Shown here one piece after another: positions 1 to 8,151 of a DNA stretch of 26,154 nucleotides. Source of the stretch: a virus (lineage: Duplodnaviria > Caudoviricetes); IMG/VR virus record IMGVR_UViG_3300028377_000051, positions 1-26,154 of that record. One strand, written 5' to 3'. A program made the translations under genes and the position numbers. Within the stretch, counting starts at the first letter, position 1. Each line of letters opens with the position of its first letter. The notes beneath the pieces are model-generated. The model made no database searches and had not been told where the DNA came from. It worked only from the letters and a program-made list of their open reading frames with translations.

Positions 1-43
1 CTAAAACTTGAAAGTTTAATTTTATTTTACCTATGTCTGACAT
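1..43 (-). CDS. 5' end of a gene running off the window (MSDIGKIKLNFQVL...)
   Basis: ATG at 43 lies 10 nt after the upstream stop and the frame is open to the window edge. Translated by hand. Confidence 0.5.
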   Translation of the reverse strand, partial: MSDIGKIKLNFQVL

Positions 44-52
44 TGTGAATTA

Positions 53-196
53 TTAAGATGGCACTAATGTATCTACTTTGAATTCTAGTGCGGTTAAGTC
101 CTCTTGTAGAGATTGCTTCTCTAATTCAAGAGCATCTATTTTTTCCATTAGGTCTGTGACCATTGCGGGAAGATTGAACCAAGTTACTTTTTCCAT
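53..196 (-). CDS. 47-aa small coiled-coil protein (not in the ORF track)
   Basis: Hand translation MEKVTWFNLPAMVTDLMEKIDALELEKQSLQEDLTALEFKVDTLVPS*. A-rich Bacteroidota-type initiation region (AATAACAATTAAAATG), heptad leucine pattern, fills the gap in the operon. Confidence 0.7.
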   Translation of the reverse strand: MEKVTWFNLPAMVTDLMEKIDALELEKQSLQEDLTALEFKVDTLVPS

Positions 197-208
197 TTTA
201 ATTGTTAT

Positions 209-700
209 TTAATTGTTTTTAGATATTTTTTTAAATTTTTCTACTCCTCTAGAACCAAAGTAAGCTAAACATACAGTTATCAAAAGATTTTTTAATAGTT
301 CTACCCACTCAGGGGCAACTATAAAAGTCTTTATAGAACTATCAAGCATTACAAATATGAACATGCAAGCCATTAAAAATGCTAGTACCAGCGGTCTTAT
401 ATTTTTACTTAGCCAACTATCCGAAGTCATGTCGGCTTCCCATCTCTTTGTAACGTTAAGCATATCTTGCTTATCCATTTCAATTTCAGCCTGTAGCATT
501 ATTTTCTCACTTTCTGTGAGTTCTTCTGTTCCTGCTATTTTATCTGATAACTTTTTAAGTCCTTGTATCCCTGTAATACTTCCTGCTATGTCTAGTAATT
601 CAGGTGCTACATTTTTACCTTGTTTTACCAACCAACGAAGTGAATCACCGACTCTTGTGCTTCCATTGCGTTCTTTATATGTTAGTTTATCGTCTGGCAT
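209..700 (-). CDS. Putative holin, GTA/3TM-holin-like
   Basis: Motifs RWEADMTSDSWLSKNIRP and AYFGSRGVEK, two C-terminal hydrophobic helices, basic C-terminus, directly downstream of the endolysin. Confidence 0.7.
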   Translation of the reverse strand: MPDDKLTYKERNGSTRVGDSLRWLVKQGKNVAPELLDIAGSITGIQGLKKLSDKIAGTEELTESEKIMLQAEIEMDKQDMLNVTKRWEADMTSDSWLSKNIRPLVLAFLMACMFIFVMLDSSIKTFIVAPEWVELLKNLLITVCLAYFGSRGVEKFKKISKNN

Positions 701-1212
701 TATATATCAAATAAATATACTTTTGGGTTTTTTGGATCATCACACACATCTAAATGTACCCACGTAATAGGTTTTCCTTTTAATTTGTGTTCTAATCTTA
801 TAGGGTGTGGTAGTTCTTCCTGTACAGACAAAAGCCAATTTCTATGTTCTTCGGCTGTTTCTCCCTCAACATCATAGTCTAAAGCCATAGCTAATACGTG
901 ACCACTTAACCAAGAGTCATCCCTAGTAGCCCTTTTTTGAACCATAGGTGTTGAAGTATCTCTTATGCCTCTTTCGTCAAAGATTCCGTTCCATAACCAT
1001 GTGTTAACAGTTATAGACTTTCCTTTTTTTATTCTTACCCAAAGTATTGTTTGTAATAATCTTCTATCAAATCTAGATAAAAAGAAATTATCGCCAAAAT
1101 GCTTGTATTTTTTGTAAGCCCCTGGACTAACTAATTCTCGTATATCAAAATACTCTAGTACACCTTTGTAAAGGTCTTCAGTACTTATATTTAATATTTG
1201 AGATTTAGTCAT
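700..1212 (-). CDS. Endolysin, M15-like Zn peptidase
   Basis: YFDIRELV...SGHVLAMALD (SxH-x6-D)...WVHLD Zn-ligand pattern typical of M15 peptidases; sits between two holin-like genes. Confidence 0.8.
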   Translation of the reverse strand: MTKSQILNISTEDLYKGVLEYFDIRELVSPGAYKKYKHFGDNFFLSRFDRRLLQTILWVRIKKGKSITVNTWLWNGIFDERGIRDTSTPMVQKRATRDDSWLSGHVLAMALDYDVEGETAEEHRNWLLSVQEELPHPIRLEHKLKGKPITWVHLDVCDDPKNPKVYLFDI

Positions 1213-1702
1213 TTTTATCTTTTTTGTTAATATCGTATACTGCTTTTTTTAAATATGATTCTAGAAACTTTCTTAGACCTTTTAGTATGTCGGATATATA
1301 ATCAGTGTTTTCTATATTTTCTTTTTTCCTAATACTTAATATATTTGTTATAGAGCTTATACCTTCGCTAATCACTAATATTCTGAGGATTAAGACTATT
1401 AACCATTTAAAGTCAAATCCTAAACCTAGTGCTACTAAAGCCAAAACCATTGGTATGGTAAGTATTGTAGCTTTTGAAATCAGTCCCCATAGTAATCTTT
1501 CAAAGGTAAATCTTAAGTCTTTTAAGTATACTGCTTTTATGGCCCCTAGTGCCGTATCTGCCATCATTAATATAGACAAAATTTTCACTATATCTAAATC
1601 TACATTTAAAAAAACAAACAGTAAGTAGATTGCTGTTTTTGTTTCCTGCCAATAGTCTCCTAAAAGATGTGCTTTATTGTACAAGTAGTTCTCAATTCTC
1701 AT
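1205..1702 (-). CDS. Phage holin (Phage_holin_4 / toxin-secretion-holin-like)
   Basis: Multiple TM segments; LMMADTALGAIKA...GLISK...SEGISSITNI pattern; overlaps the endolysin start. Confidence 0.75.
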   Translation of the reverse strand: MRIENYLYNKAHLLGDYWQETKTAIYLLFVFLNVDLDIVKILSILMMADTALGAIKAVYLKDLRFTFERLLWGLISKATILTIPMVLALVALGLGFDFKWLIVLILRILVISEGISSITNILSIRKKENIENTDYISDILKGLRKFLESYLKKAVYDINKKDKND

Positions 1703-1728
1703 ATAGACTATGTAGGATGTCAGGTTAT

Positions 1729-1756
1729 TAAAAGAAAGGGGTTTTTACACCCCTTT
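1729..1756 (-). terminator. Intrinsic terminator after the 549-aa structural gene
   Basis: AAAGGGGT-6 nt loop-ACCCCTTT hairpin followed by a T-rich tail on the minus strand. Confidence 0.8.
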
Positions 1757-1771
1757 GTTCATTTTTCAACT

Positions 1772-3421
1772 TTAGCTTGCGGATACTGTAGGAATTCCAG
1801 CCGCTGTAGCTACTGCGTTAAGTAACGCCTCTACTCCTGCTTGTTTTCCTGTTTCTACTGCAATTGTATAATTGAAAGCTTCTTCTAATTGTCCTGCAAA
1901 TCCTTGTGAGAATGATTTAGGTTGCACTTTAAGTGTGTACACAATATATTGAGAACTTCCTTTTAGTACAGTCTCTTCGCCTAACGATAACTTAATGTAT
2001 TCGTTTTGGTGTCCGTCAACATTTCTATGTCTAGAATACCCTTGAAAATAAGTAAAGTCTCTGTCTTCAAGTCCCCAAAGGTCTCCACCTAAATTTTCTA
2101 GGTCTTCTGCTCTTTGTAAAACTTTTACAGCAAATCTATCTCCTGAACCTTCTACGAAAGAAGAGAATACAGAACTTCTAAATCCACCTGCAACACTCAC
2201 TCTTACAGAAGTGTCAATAAATGGCACACTGTCTCTAATAGATTCTCCTGGTACATTTACAGTTTCTTTTCCTTCAATTTTAATTCCCATCAAAGCTGTT
2301 TCACTGTAAGTTTTTGAACCTTTCTCCCAATCTGTAAATCCAAATCTTTTTGGAGCTTCAGTTTCAAAAGTATTTCTTAAGATAGGGTCACAGTCTTCAC
2401 ATACAATGTTTGAAGTAATTGTAGTTGAATATACTGTTTGGCATCCACCTGCTACGTTTGCAGACTCTACTTCTTTAACCACAATGGTTAAATCAGGAAA
2501 AGCTTCTTCTAGCTCTGTAAGTCTATCTCCCTCAGCATCTTCATCAGCTAATTGAATTATATACTCTTCACTAATTGCATTACACTCTTCCCCAGCAGTC
2601 CATGAAATATCTGTTCCTGTCTCTGGTGAAAAGTCTGCAGGAACCCCCGAAGCATCAATTGTAGGAAGTAATAGAGTATATACAGAAGTTTGTCCATCAC
2701 GATCTGTTCTTTCTACTTTAGTTCCAAATTGCGCTTGTACCTCTGCTAGAGCATTTGAATCCCCTGCATCTTGTACACTCAAATTATAGAATGTGTGAGC
2801 AATAGGATCGGCTGGTGTAGATGGTGACTCACTGTTGATAACAGAAACATTTATAGCATCTGTAACAGGTATCATCTCTTTTAATACGTCTCTTCTTAGA
2901 GCTTCTACAGCCTTTTCTACAACCTCTTGGTTAGTTTGGTCTGCACTCTCTTTTTCAAAGTGTAGATTTAACGTGGTACATCCATACTCATAACCTAACA
3001 CTTCAATGATACCTCCTTCTAACTTAATAGATAAGATTTCAGGTTCATTTACATTAAAAGTTAATGCTTTTGATTCGTTGATACCATCATAACCAATAAG
3101 AAACTTATCAGTCTTTTTTACTTGGTTTGGTACGAATACATCTAAACCTTTAACTTCGGAAAGTCTAAATGCACGACTCTCTTTGTTCTTATTAGATAGT
3201 CCTCGTGTAACACCAATTTCGTTGTTACCTAGACGAAGCTGAAACAAGTCATTTGCTCCTGCTGAGGAAAAGTCGTCTACCGCAACTAAACCATCTTTAG
3301 TTTTATCTTTGATGTCAAAGATGCCTAATTGTCCCTTTGCAAGATTTAAAGAGCCTCCTGAAGTCATAACGTTTCCGTTAAGAGTAGGCATAAATCTTGA
3401 CCACGGTGCATGTAATCCCAT
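1772..3421 (-). CDS. crAss-like virion structural protein (gene-73 position; probable auxiliary capsid/decoration protein)
   Basis: 549 aa, acidic and beta-rich; third gene after the MCP in the conserved crAss-like block; followed by a strong terminator. Function inferred from synteny. Confidence 0.6.
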   Translation of the reverse strand: MGLHAPWSRFMPTLNGNVMTSGGSLNLAKGQLGIFDIKDKTKDGLVAVDDFSSAGANDLFQLRLGNNEIGVTRGLSNKNKESRAFRLSEVKGLDVFVPNQVKKTDKFLIGYDGINESKALTFNVNEPEILSIKLEGGIIEVLGYEYGCTTLNLHFEKESADQTNQEVVEKAVEALRRDVLKEMIPVTDAINVSVINSESPSTPADPIAHTFYNLSVQDAGDSNALAEVQAQFGTKVERTDRDGQTSVYTLLLPTIDASGVPADFSPETGTDISWTAGEECNAISEEYIIQLADEDAEGDRLTELEEAFPDLTIVVKEVESANVAGGCQTVYSTTITSNIVCEDCDPILRNTFETEAPKRFGFTDWEKGSKTYSETALMGIKIEGKETVNVPGESIRDSVPFIDTSVRVSVAGGFRSSVFSSFVEGSGDRFAVKVLQRAEDLENLGGDLWGLEDRDFTYFQGYSRHRNVDGHQNEYIKLSLGEETVLKGSSQYIVYTLKVQPKSFSQGFAGQLEEAFNYTIAVETGKQAGVEALLNAVATAAGIPTVSAS

Positions 3422-3444
3422 AATTTTTAATTTTTAATTGTTAA

Positions 3445-3458
3445 TAGTAGTGATTATT
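3445..3458 (-). promoter_or_regulatory. Leader motif AATAATCACTACTA, copy 1
   Basis: Identical 14-mer at 6916-6929; both lie in leaders of capsid-associated genes. Confidence 0.5.
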
Positions 3459-3459
3459 G

Positions 3460-4128
3460 TTATTGAACGTTCTCGTTCTGTCGAAATTTTTCTATCTCGT
3501 AAGTGGGGTCAGAAGTGTTAATCTTGAAGTCGCCCACCATTCCTGATATAATTCTGTCAACTATATGTTCAGGAAGTTCTATTTCTGTATCCTCAAATTG
3601 TGACTCTGGGTTTTCAGTGTCTTGAAGTATTATTTTTTTTGGATACTTGTAATAAGTAAGTAATAATTCTGTTATTGTCATTTCTTCTTCCGTATACACT
3701 TTTATATTGTTTTCAGTGTAATTGTAAGGTGCTTCTCTAAAAGCAAATGACGGTTTAAAAAATGTGTTATTTGTAAAATCTGCTCTATCTTCGTCTCTTA
3801 TCTCGTACAAACCTATGTCTTGCTCTGTACACTCTCCTTTTGAAGCTTTAGCTTTAGCAAAAGACCATGATAAAAAATTTGGAGGCAACTGAAAGCTTTT
3901 AAAATCTTCTTGAGATATATCAGGTGTTAAAGGTAAGTCATTTATCAATAACACCTGTATATCTTTTAAATTATCAAAGTTTCTGTTATTTAAAAAAAGC
4001 TTTATGAACCTAACTGATATTTCATTATACAACTCAGCAAACTTTCCTCTATCTGTAGAGAAATTATCATTGGTGGAGTTTTTTTCTACCTTTATAAGGT
4101 ATTTTTCGTATAACCTGTTTGGGTTCAT
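3460..4128 (-). CDS. crAss-like structural protein (gene-74 position; probable head-tail ring/adaptor protein)
   Basis: About 222 aa (ATG at 4128 preferred over TTG at 4131); C-terminal LTYYKYP...EIELPE pattern resembles tail tubular/ring proteins; synteny. Confidence 0.6.
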   Translation of the reverse strand: MNPNRLYEKYLIKVEKNSTNDNFSTDRGKFAELYNEISVRFIKLFLNNRNFDNLKDIQVLLINDLPLTPDISQEDFKSFQLPPNFLSWSFAKAKASKGECTEQDIGLYEIRDEDRADFTNNTFFKPSFAFREAPYNYTENNIKVYTEEEMTITELLLTYYKYPKKIILQDTENPESQFEDTEIELPEHIVDRIISGMVGDFKINTSDPTYEIEKFRQNENVQ

Positions 4129-4135
4129 CAACTAT

Positions 4136-5113
4136 TTAATTTTCTTGTCTGAGCTCGTCTACTTGCTGTTGCATTGTAGTCTTTTTAGAAATAAATTTAG
4201 CGGCTGCTTTTAAGTTACTTCCTACTTCTGTTTCTCCTATAACATAAGAATCTCCTTCTTTTTTGAGCTTGCCTTTGTTCAACAGATCTATAAGATAAGA
4301 ATAATATATAATTTCTTTTCTTCCACTCTTGGTGCTTTCTAAAGATACTGCATCCAAGAATAGTTTTTTGTTTTGATAAGCTTGTTCTTTGTCCTCAACA
4401 AAACGTTTGAAAAGTGTTATAGCCAACTCTTTGTTTTCTACATTTATGTTCTTAACTCCTATATAAGTTAAAATAGGTTGCAACGTTTTAGGTTGACTTA
4501 GTAAAGAGTAGAATTTACCATTTACTTCCATATCTATCATGTCCGTCTCCACTTTTGTACTTCTTACTTCTTCTTTGTTTTCAATACAAAATTGAGCTTT
4601 TCTAAATTTTGGAGAGCTTTCGTGCTTTTTAGGTGCCAAGTCTTTATTAGATAAACAGATAAAAAGTTGAAGTAAGTCTAGAGGATTTTTAGTCTTGAAT
4701 AATTTTCCTTGATATAAATCTACTTTGAAAGAAGTAGAGTCTGTATAATTCCAAAATTCAGAATCTTTATCTCTAGGATTTAATTTACCTTCTCCATATA
4801 TTCTTTCGAAAGGTTTTACTATGAGATCTTCTATCTTATTGCCTAAAGAATTTTTAGCTTCTTCACTTAGTCCTCTGTACATTGGGCTGTCTTTGTAAAG
4901 ACCCGTATCCCATAATCCTAAATCTCTGTCAAATAACGCTGATACTGTATTCTTTCCTGCATCGAAGTCTAATAGCTTAGTAGTTCGATTGTTTCTGAAT
5001 CCATCAGGGGCATCCGCATCATACTTGGGGACTACCTCATAAACTGTGTCTTCTGTTTCAAAAGGGATACCGTGAATTTTAATTACGGTTTCTTTTTCTT
5101 TGGTTTCTTGCAT
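4136..5113 (-). CDS. Conserved crAss-like protein (gene-75 position)
   Basis: 325-aa ORF immediately downstream of the MCP; assignment by synteny. Confidence 0.6.
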   Translation of the reverse strand: MQETKEKETVIKIHGIPFETEDTVYEVVPKYDADAPDGFRNNRTTKLLDFDAGKNTVSALFDRDLGLWDTGLYKDSPMYRGLSEEAKNSLGNKIEDLIVKPFERIYGEGKLNPRDKDSEFWNYTDSTSFKVDLYQGKLFKTKNPLDLLQLFICLSNKDLAPKKHESSPKFRKAQFCIENKEEVRSTKVETDMIDMEVNGKFYSLLSQPKTLQPILTYIGVKNINVENKELAITLFKRFVEDKEQAYQNKKLFLDAVSLESTKSGRKEIIYYSYLIDLLNKGKLKKEGDSYVIGETEVGSNLKAAAKFISKKTTMQQQVDELRQEN

Positions 5114-5130
5114 CTTTTTTGTGGTTTAGT

Positions 5131-5168
5131 TAAAATAATCTCCCCTAGTTGTTGGGACTAAGGGAGAT
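5131..5168 (-). terminator. Terminator/stabilising hairpin after the MCP
   Basis: Minus strand ATCTCCCTTAGT...ACTAGGGGAGAT 12-bp stem followed by TATTTTA. Confidence 0.75.
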
Positions 5169-5181
5169 ATTTATTTAATCT

Positions 5182-6897
5182 CTATTGAAATCCTTTTCTT
5201 GCTTGTGGTTTCAATTCAATCATTACAATTTTACTTGGGTCTGGCATCCAAACATCAAGTCCTGCTGCCCATGCGAAGTATTCTTCTCCCATGTATTTAT
5301 TGGCAGCCATAATATCAGAAGAACGTCTTGAATCATAACGACCAGTACTTCTTCCTGAGTGAATTAATGAACCTTCAGGCTTAACTAAGAACATACTAGA
5401 GTTAGCGTTTCCACCTTCTACAAGATTAGCTCCTTGAGGAATCTCTGACATGTTGTTAGAATAAGATTGGTTAGTTACATCCCAAATAACCATTGTGTGA
5501 GTTGTGTGGGATCTACCGTGTGGTTGCATACCTCTTTCAAATCTATCACCTCTTAAACCGAAGTCTAAAGAAGGGTCATGTTCGATTTCAACTTGACCTA
5601 TTTGTGCGATATATACATCTGTAAATCTTACTGCCTCTAGTTTTAGGTTACGTAGGTCTCCTGAAACTGGATTGCTAGAAAGAACTCTGTCTGCTCCTAA
5701 TAGTGCCGCTAAGTTTGATACTTGTGCGTTAACTTCTTCTTTGAAAATTTCAAGCACATTGTAGAATGCTTCCATACCACACTTGAACTTAACTCTTCTG
5801 TTTTCAAACTGCATATCAGGCTTAGTTCTGAACACATACTCAGCAGCTTCTCTAATATGTTGACGAGTAATTCCACCTGGTTTTCCATACTCAATGATAC
5901 GTCCTCTACGTGCTTGTTTCCAAAGACCTTCGTTGAATCTTAGTACACCATTTGTAGTTTTTATTTCCCCTGCGCTTTGGAACATAAGTTTTGTCCCTAA
6001 CAATTTATGTAAATACTTTTCAGTTAGGTGCTCCATTGTTAGGCCGATATTAGCAGTCTCTCTTAGTGGAGCTCCGTTAGAATCTAAATCCATACGTACA
6101 GCAAACTCACCATAACCGTTTGAGTCCATTTCTTGCTTTACCTTGTTCATGTATTCTTTGGTTCCTGCAGTAATTATCCCATCAGCCATAGAAGCTGAAG
6201 CAGCTTTTGCTGTAACATAACTTTCTACACCAATAGCAGAACCTAGTCTGAATTCAAATTTCATTGAACCTGGTGCGTCTGGCATTTGGACTTGTGCAAA
6301 CTTAGTACCATATTCAGATACTCCATGACCAACTTCAAAATATTCAATACCTCTTCCTAAAAGAGCTGAATCAAAGAAATCAGATTTGTTTTGTGTGTTT
6401 AATACTACAGGGTGTTTGTAACCTGTACCTGTTGGTAATACGTCTTCTTCTTCAGAAACAACAATTTGTTGTCCATCAAAATCATCATAAGTAAGTACTG
6501 TACCTGGTGCAAACTCTCTGTTTAAAGTAATATAAAAAATACTTCCGTCTATACCTGGAACATCTTGAGCTGACATGTCAGTTTCTGTATAGACACCTTT
6601 GCGCTCCTTGATAGGAATAGAATAGGTAAATCTGCCTTCTTGTCCACTTACTTCAATTACGGACTTAGAAGTCAGCAATTCGTCGAACAAACTAGTAGGT
6701 TTCTTTTCTCTATCTTGCTGATTCCAGAAAGACATTAAACCTAAGTGGTTGTTGTTTGGGTCTTCTTCATACCATGTACGAAGGGAAGCATTGTCCATAT
6801 ATCCTTGGAAATGCTTTGACACCTCTTTTCCTTTCATAAAAGCAATGGCTTGATTGCCATTTCTTATAGTAGGGATTCCTTTTGATTGTAGAGTCAT
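5182..6897 (-). CDS. Major capsid protein (crAss-like)
   Basis: 571 aa; position in terL-portal-scaffold-MCP order; followed by a terminator; segments such as EGLWKQ...GRII and VEIEHDPSLD resemble crAss-like MCPs. Confidence 0.85.
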   Translation of the reverse strand: MTLQSKGIPTIRNGNQAIAFMKGKEVSKHFQGYMDNASLRTWYEEDPNNNHLGLMSFWNQQDREKKPTSLFDELLTSKSVIEVSGQEGRFTYSIPIKERKGVYTETDMSAQDVPGIDGSIFYITLNREFAPGTVLTYDDFDGQQIVVSEEEDVLPTGTGYKHPVVLNTQNKSDFFDSALLGRGIEYFEVGHGVSEYGTKFAQVQMPDAPGSMKFEFRLGSAIGVESYVTAKAASASMADGIITAGTKEYMNKVKQEMDSNGYGEFAVRMDLDSNGAPLRETANIGLTMEHLTEKYLHKLLGTKLMFQSAGEIKTTNGVLRFNEGLWKQARRGRIIEYGKPGGITRQHIREAAEYVFRTKPDMQFENRRVKFKCGMEAFYNVLEIFKEEVNAQVSNLAALLGADRVLSSNPVSGDLRNLKLEAVRFTDVYIAQIGQVEIEHDPSLDFGLRGDRFERGMQPHGRSHTTHTMVIWDVTNQSYSNNMSEIPQGANLVEGGNANSSMFLVKPEGSLIHSGRSTGRYDSRRSSDIMAANKYMGEEYFAWAAGLDVWMPDPSKIVMIELKPQARKGFQ

Positions 6898-6915
6898 TTT
6901 TATTTATTTAAATAT

Positions 6916-6929
6916 TAGTAGTGATTATT
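6916..6929 (-). promoter_or_regulatory. Leader motif AATAATCACTACTA, copy 2
   Basis: Identical to 3445-3458; 18 nt upstream of the MCP ATG. Confidence 0.5.
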
Positions 6930-6930
6930 T

Positions 6931-8076
6931 TTATAGAAATTTTAGTTCTTTACTTAAATCTTCAGAAGGATTGACTTTTTTACTACTTGCCTTTTTGCCT
7001 TCTGTGTGTTTACCTCTCGCAATGTTTAGTTTGACCAAAGTGTCTTTTTTAGCTTTAGAAGTCTGTTTCTCGCTTATCAGCTTATTATAGTCTTCTCTAT
7101 TATTTTTCCAAAGTAAAAATTCAGCTAGTTCCTCTGGATTTTGTTTCATTTCTCTAAACTGATTATCTACAGTAAAGCCATTCTCTGTTTCTTTTGTTAC
7201 AGAGTCTAATAAAGGTCTTAAAGCTGAATCGTTCTTGATACCCAAGTTAGTTAAGTGCTCTCTTAAGTCTTTTCTAAGAGTTTTTCTATTTTGCTGTTCT
7301 TGCTCTCTTAATTTGGAAGCTTCCTCTTTTTTCTTATCTAACATACTGTGATAAGATTTCTTGAGGTTATCTGCAAAATCTCTAGCTTTAGCGTCTAATT
7401 CCAAATCTACTTTATCCGCTTCGACTAGTCTGTCTATTTGCTTGTCAGATATTTTTGGATTGTCCAACCTATACATCTGTCTAACTAAATCCTCTTGATG
7501 CATTTCATCTTCAAGATTGTAAGTGTTGAGGTTGTCAATGTATGTTTCTTTTGCTTTTAAAACATCTTTTATGTCTCCACCATTCTTAGAAATTTCAATA
7601 ATCTTTAAGGAGATATCATCTAAATCCTCTTTGTTGATGAAATTCTTATCTATTTCGGTGTTTTTTTCTTTATCTTGAGCTTTAACTATTTCTAAGAACG
7701 TTTCTTCGTCTAGGTCTTCTAATTCTGAAAGTGTTACTGATTCTCCGTCTATTTCAACTTCAGCATCTTTCCAAGTACCTAATTCTATGTATTTTTTAGC
7801 TAATGAAGAATAATTATTTTGACTTGAAGGTCTTTCTTTTTTGAACTCTTCTTCTTCCTCAACTTCATCAGGAGTCTCTTTTTTAGAATTATTGTCTTCG
7901 ACTAATTCTTCATCTGCTCCTTCTTCAATATCTTCTTCCTCTTCTTTTTCCTCTTTTTCTGGTTCAGGTAAGTCTAAGTCTCTTACTTCTTCCTCTTGAC
8001 TTTCCGTTTCTCCCATTAATTCTGAGAAATCATAAAATCCTGCTCCTTGTTCTTCTTGGTTTTCTAGTCTTGCCAT
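6931..8076 (-). CDS. Scaffold-like protein (crAss gene-77 position)
   Basis: 381 aa, very Glu/Asp-rich low-complexity N-terminus and helical coiled-coil remainder; lies between portal and MCP. Confidence 0.7.
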   Translation of the reverse strand: MARLENQEEQGAGFYDFSELMGETESQEEEVRDLDLPEPEKEEKEEEEDIEEGADEELVEDNNSKKETPDEVEEEEEFKKERPSSQNNYSSLAKKYIELGTWKDAEVEIDGESVTLSELEDLDEETFLEIVKAQDKEKNTEIDKNFINKEDLDDISLKIIEISKNGGDIKDVLKAKETYIDNLNTYNLEDEMHQEDLVRQMYRLDNPKISDKQIDRLVEADKVDLELDAKARDFADNLKKSYHSMLDKKKEEASKLREQEQQNRKTLRKDLREHLTNLGIKNDSALRPLLDSVTKETENGFTVDNQFREMKQNPEELAEFLLWKNNREDYNKLISEKQTSKAKKDTLVKLNIARGKHTEGKKASSKKVNPSEDLSKELKFL

Positions 8077-8084
8077 TGTTGGTA

Positions 8085-8116
8085 CAAATATATAGTTATT
8101 GTTTCGTTATCACAAA
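8085..8116 (-). promoter_or_regulatory. Bacteroidota sigma-A promoter for scaffold/MCP
   Basis: Minus strand TTTG (8116-8113)-N20-TATATTTG (8092-8085). Confidence 0.8.
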
Positions 8117-8151
8117 TTAATAAAATTTTAACTTGTCATGTTAAAAAATAT

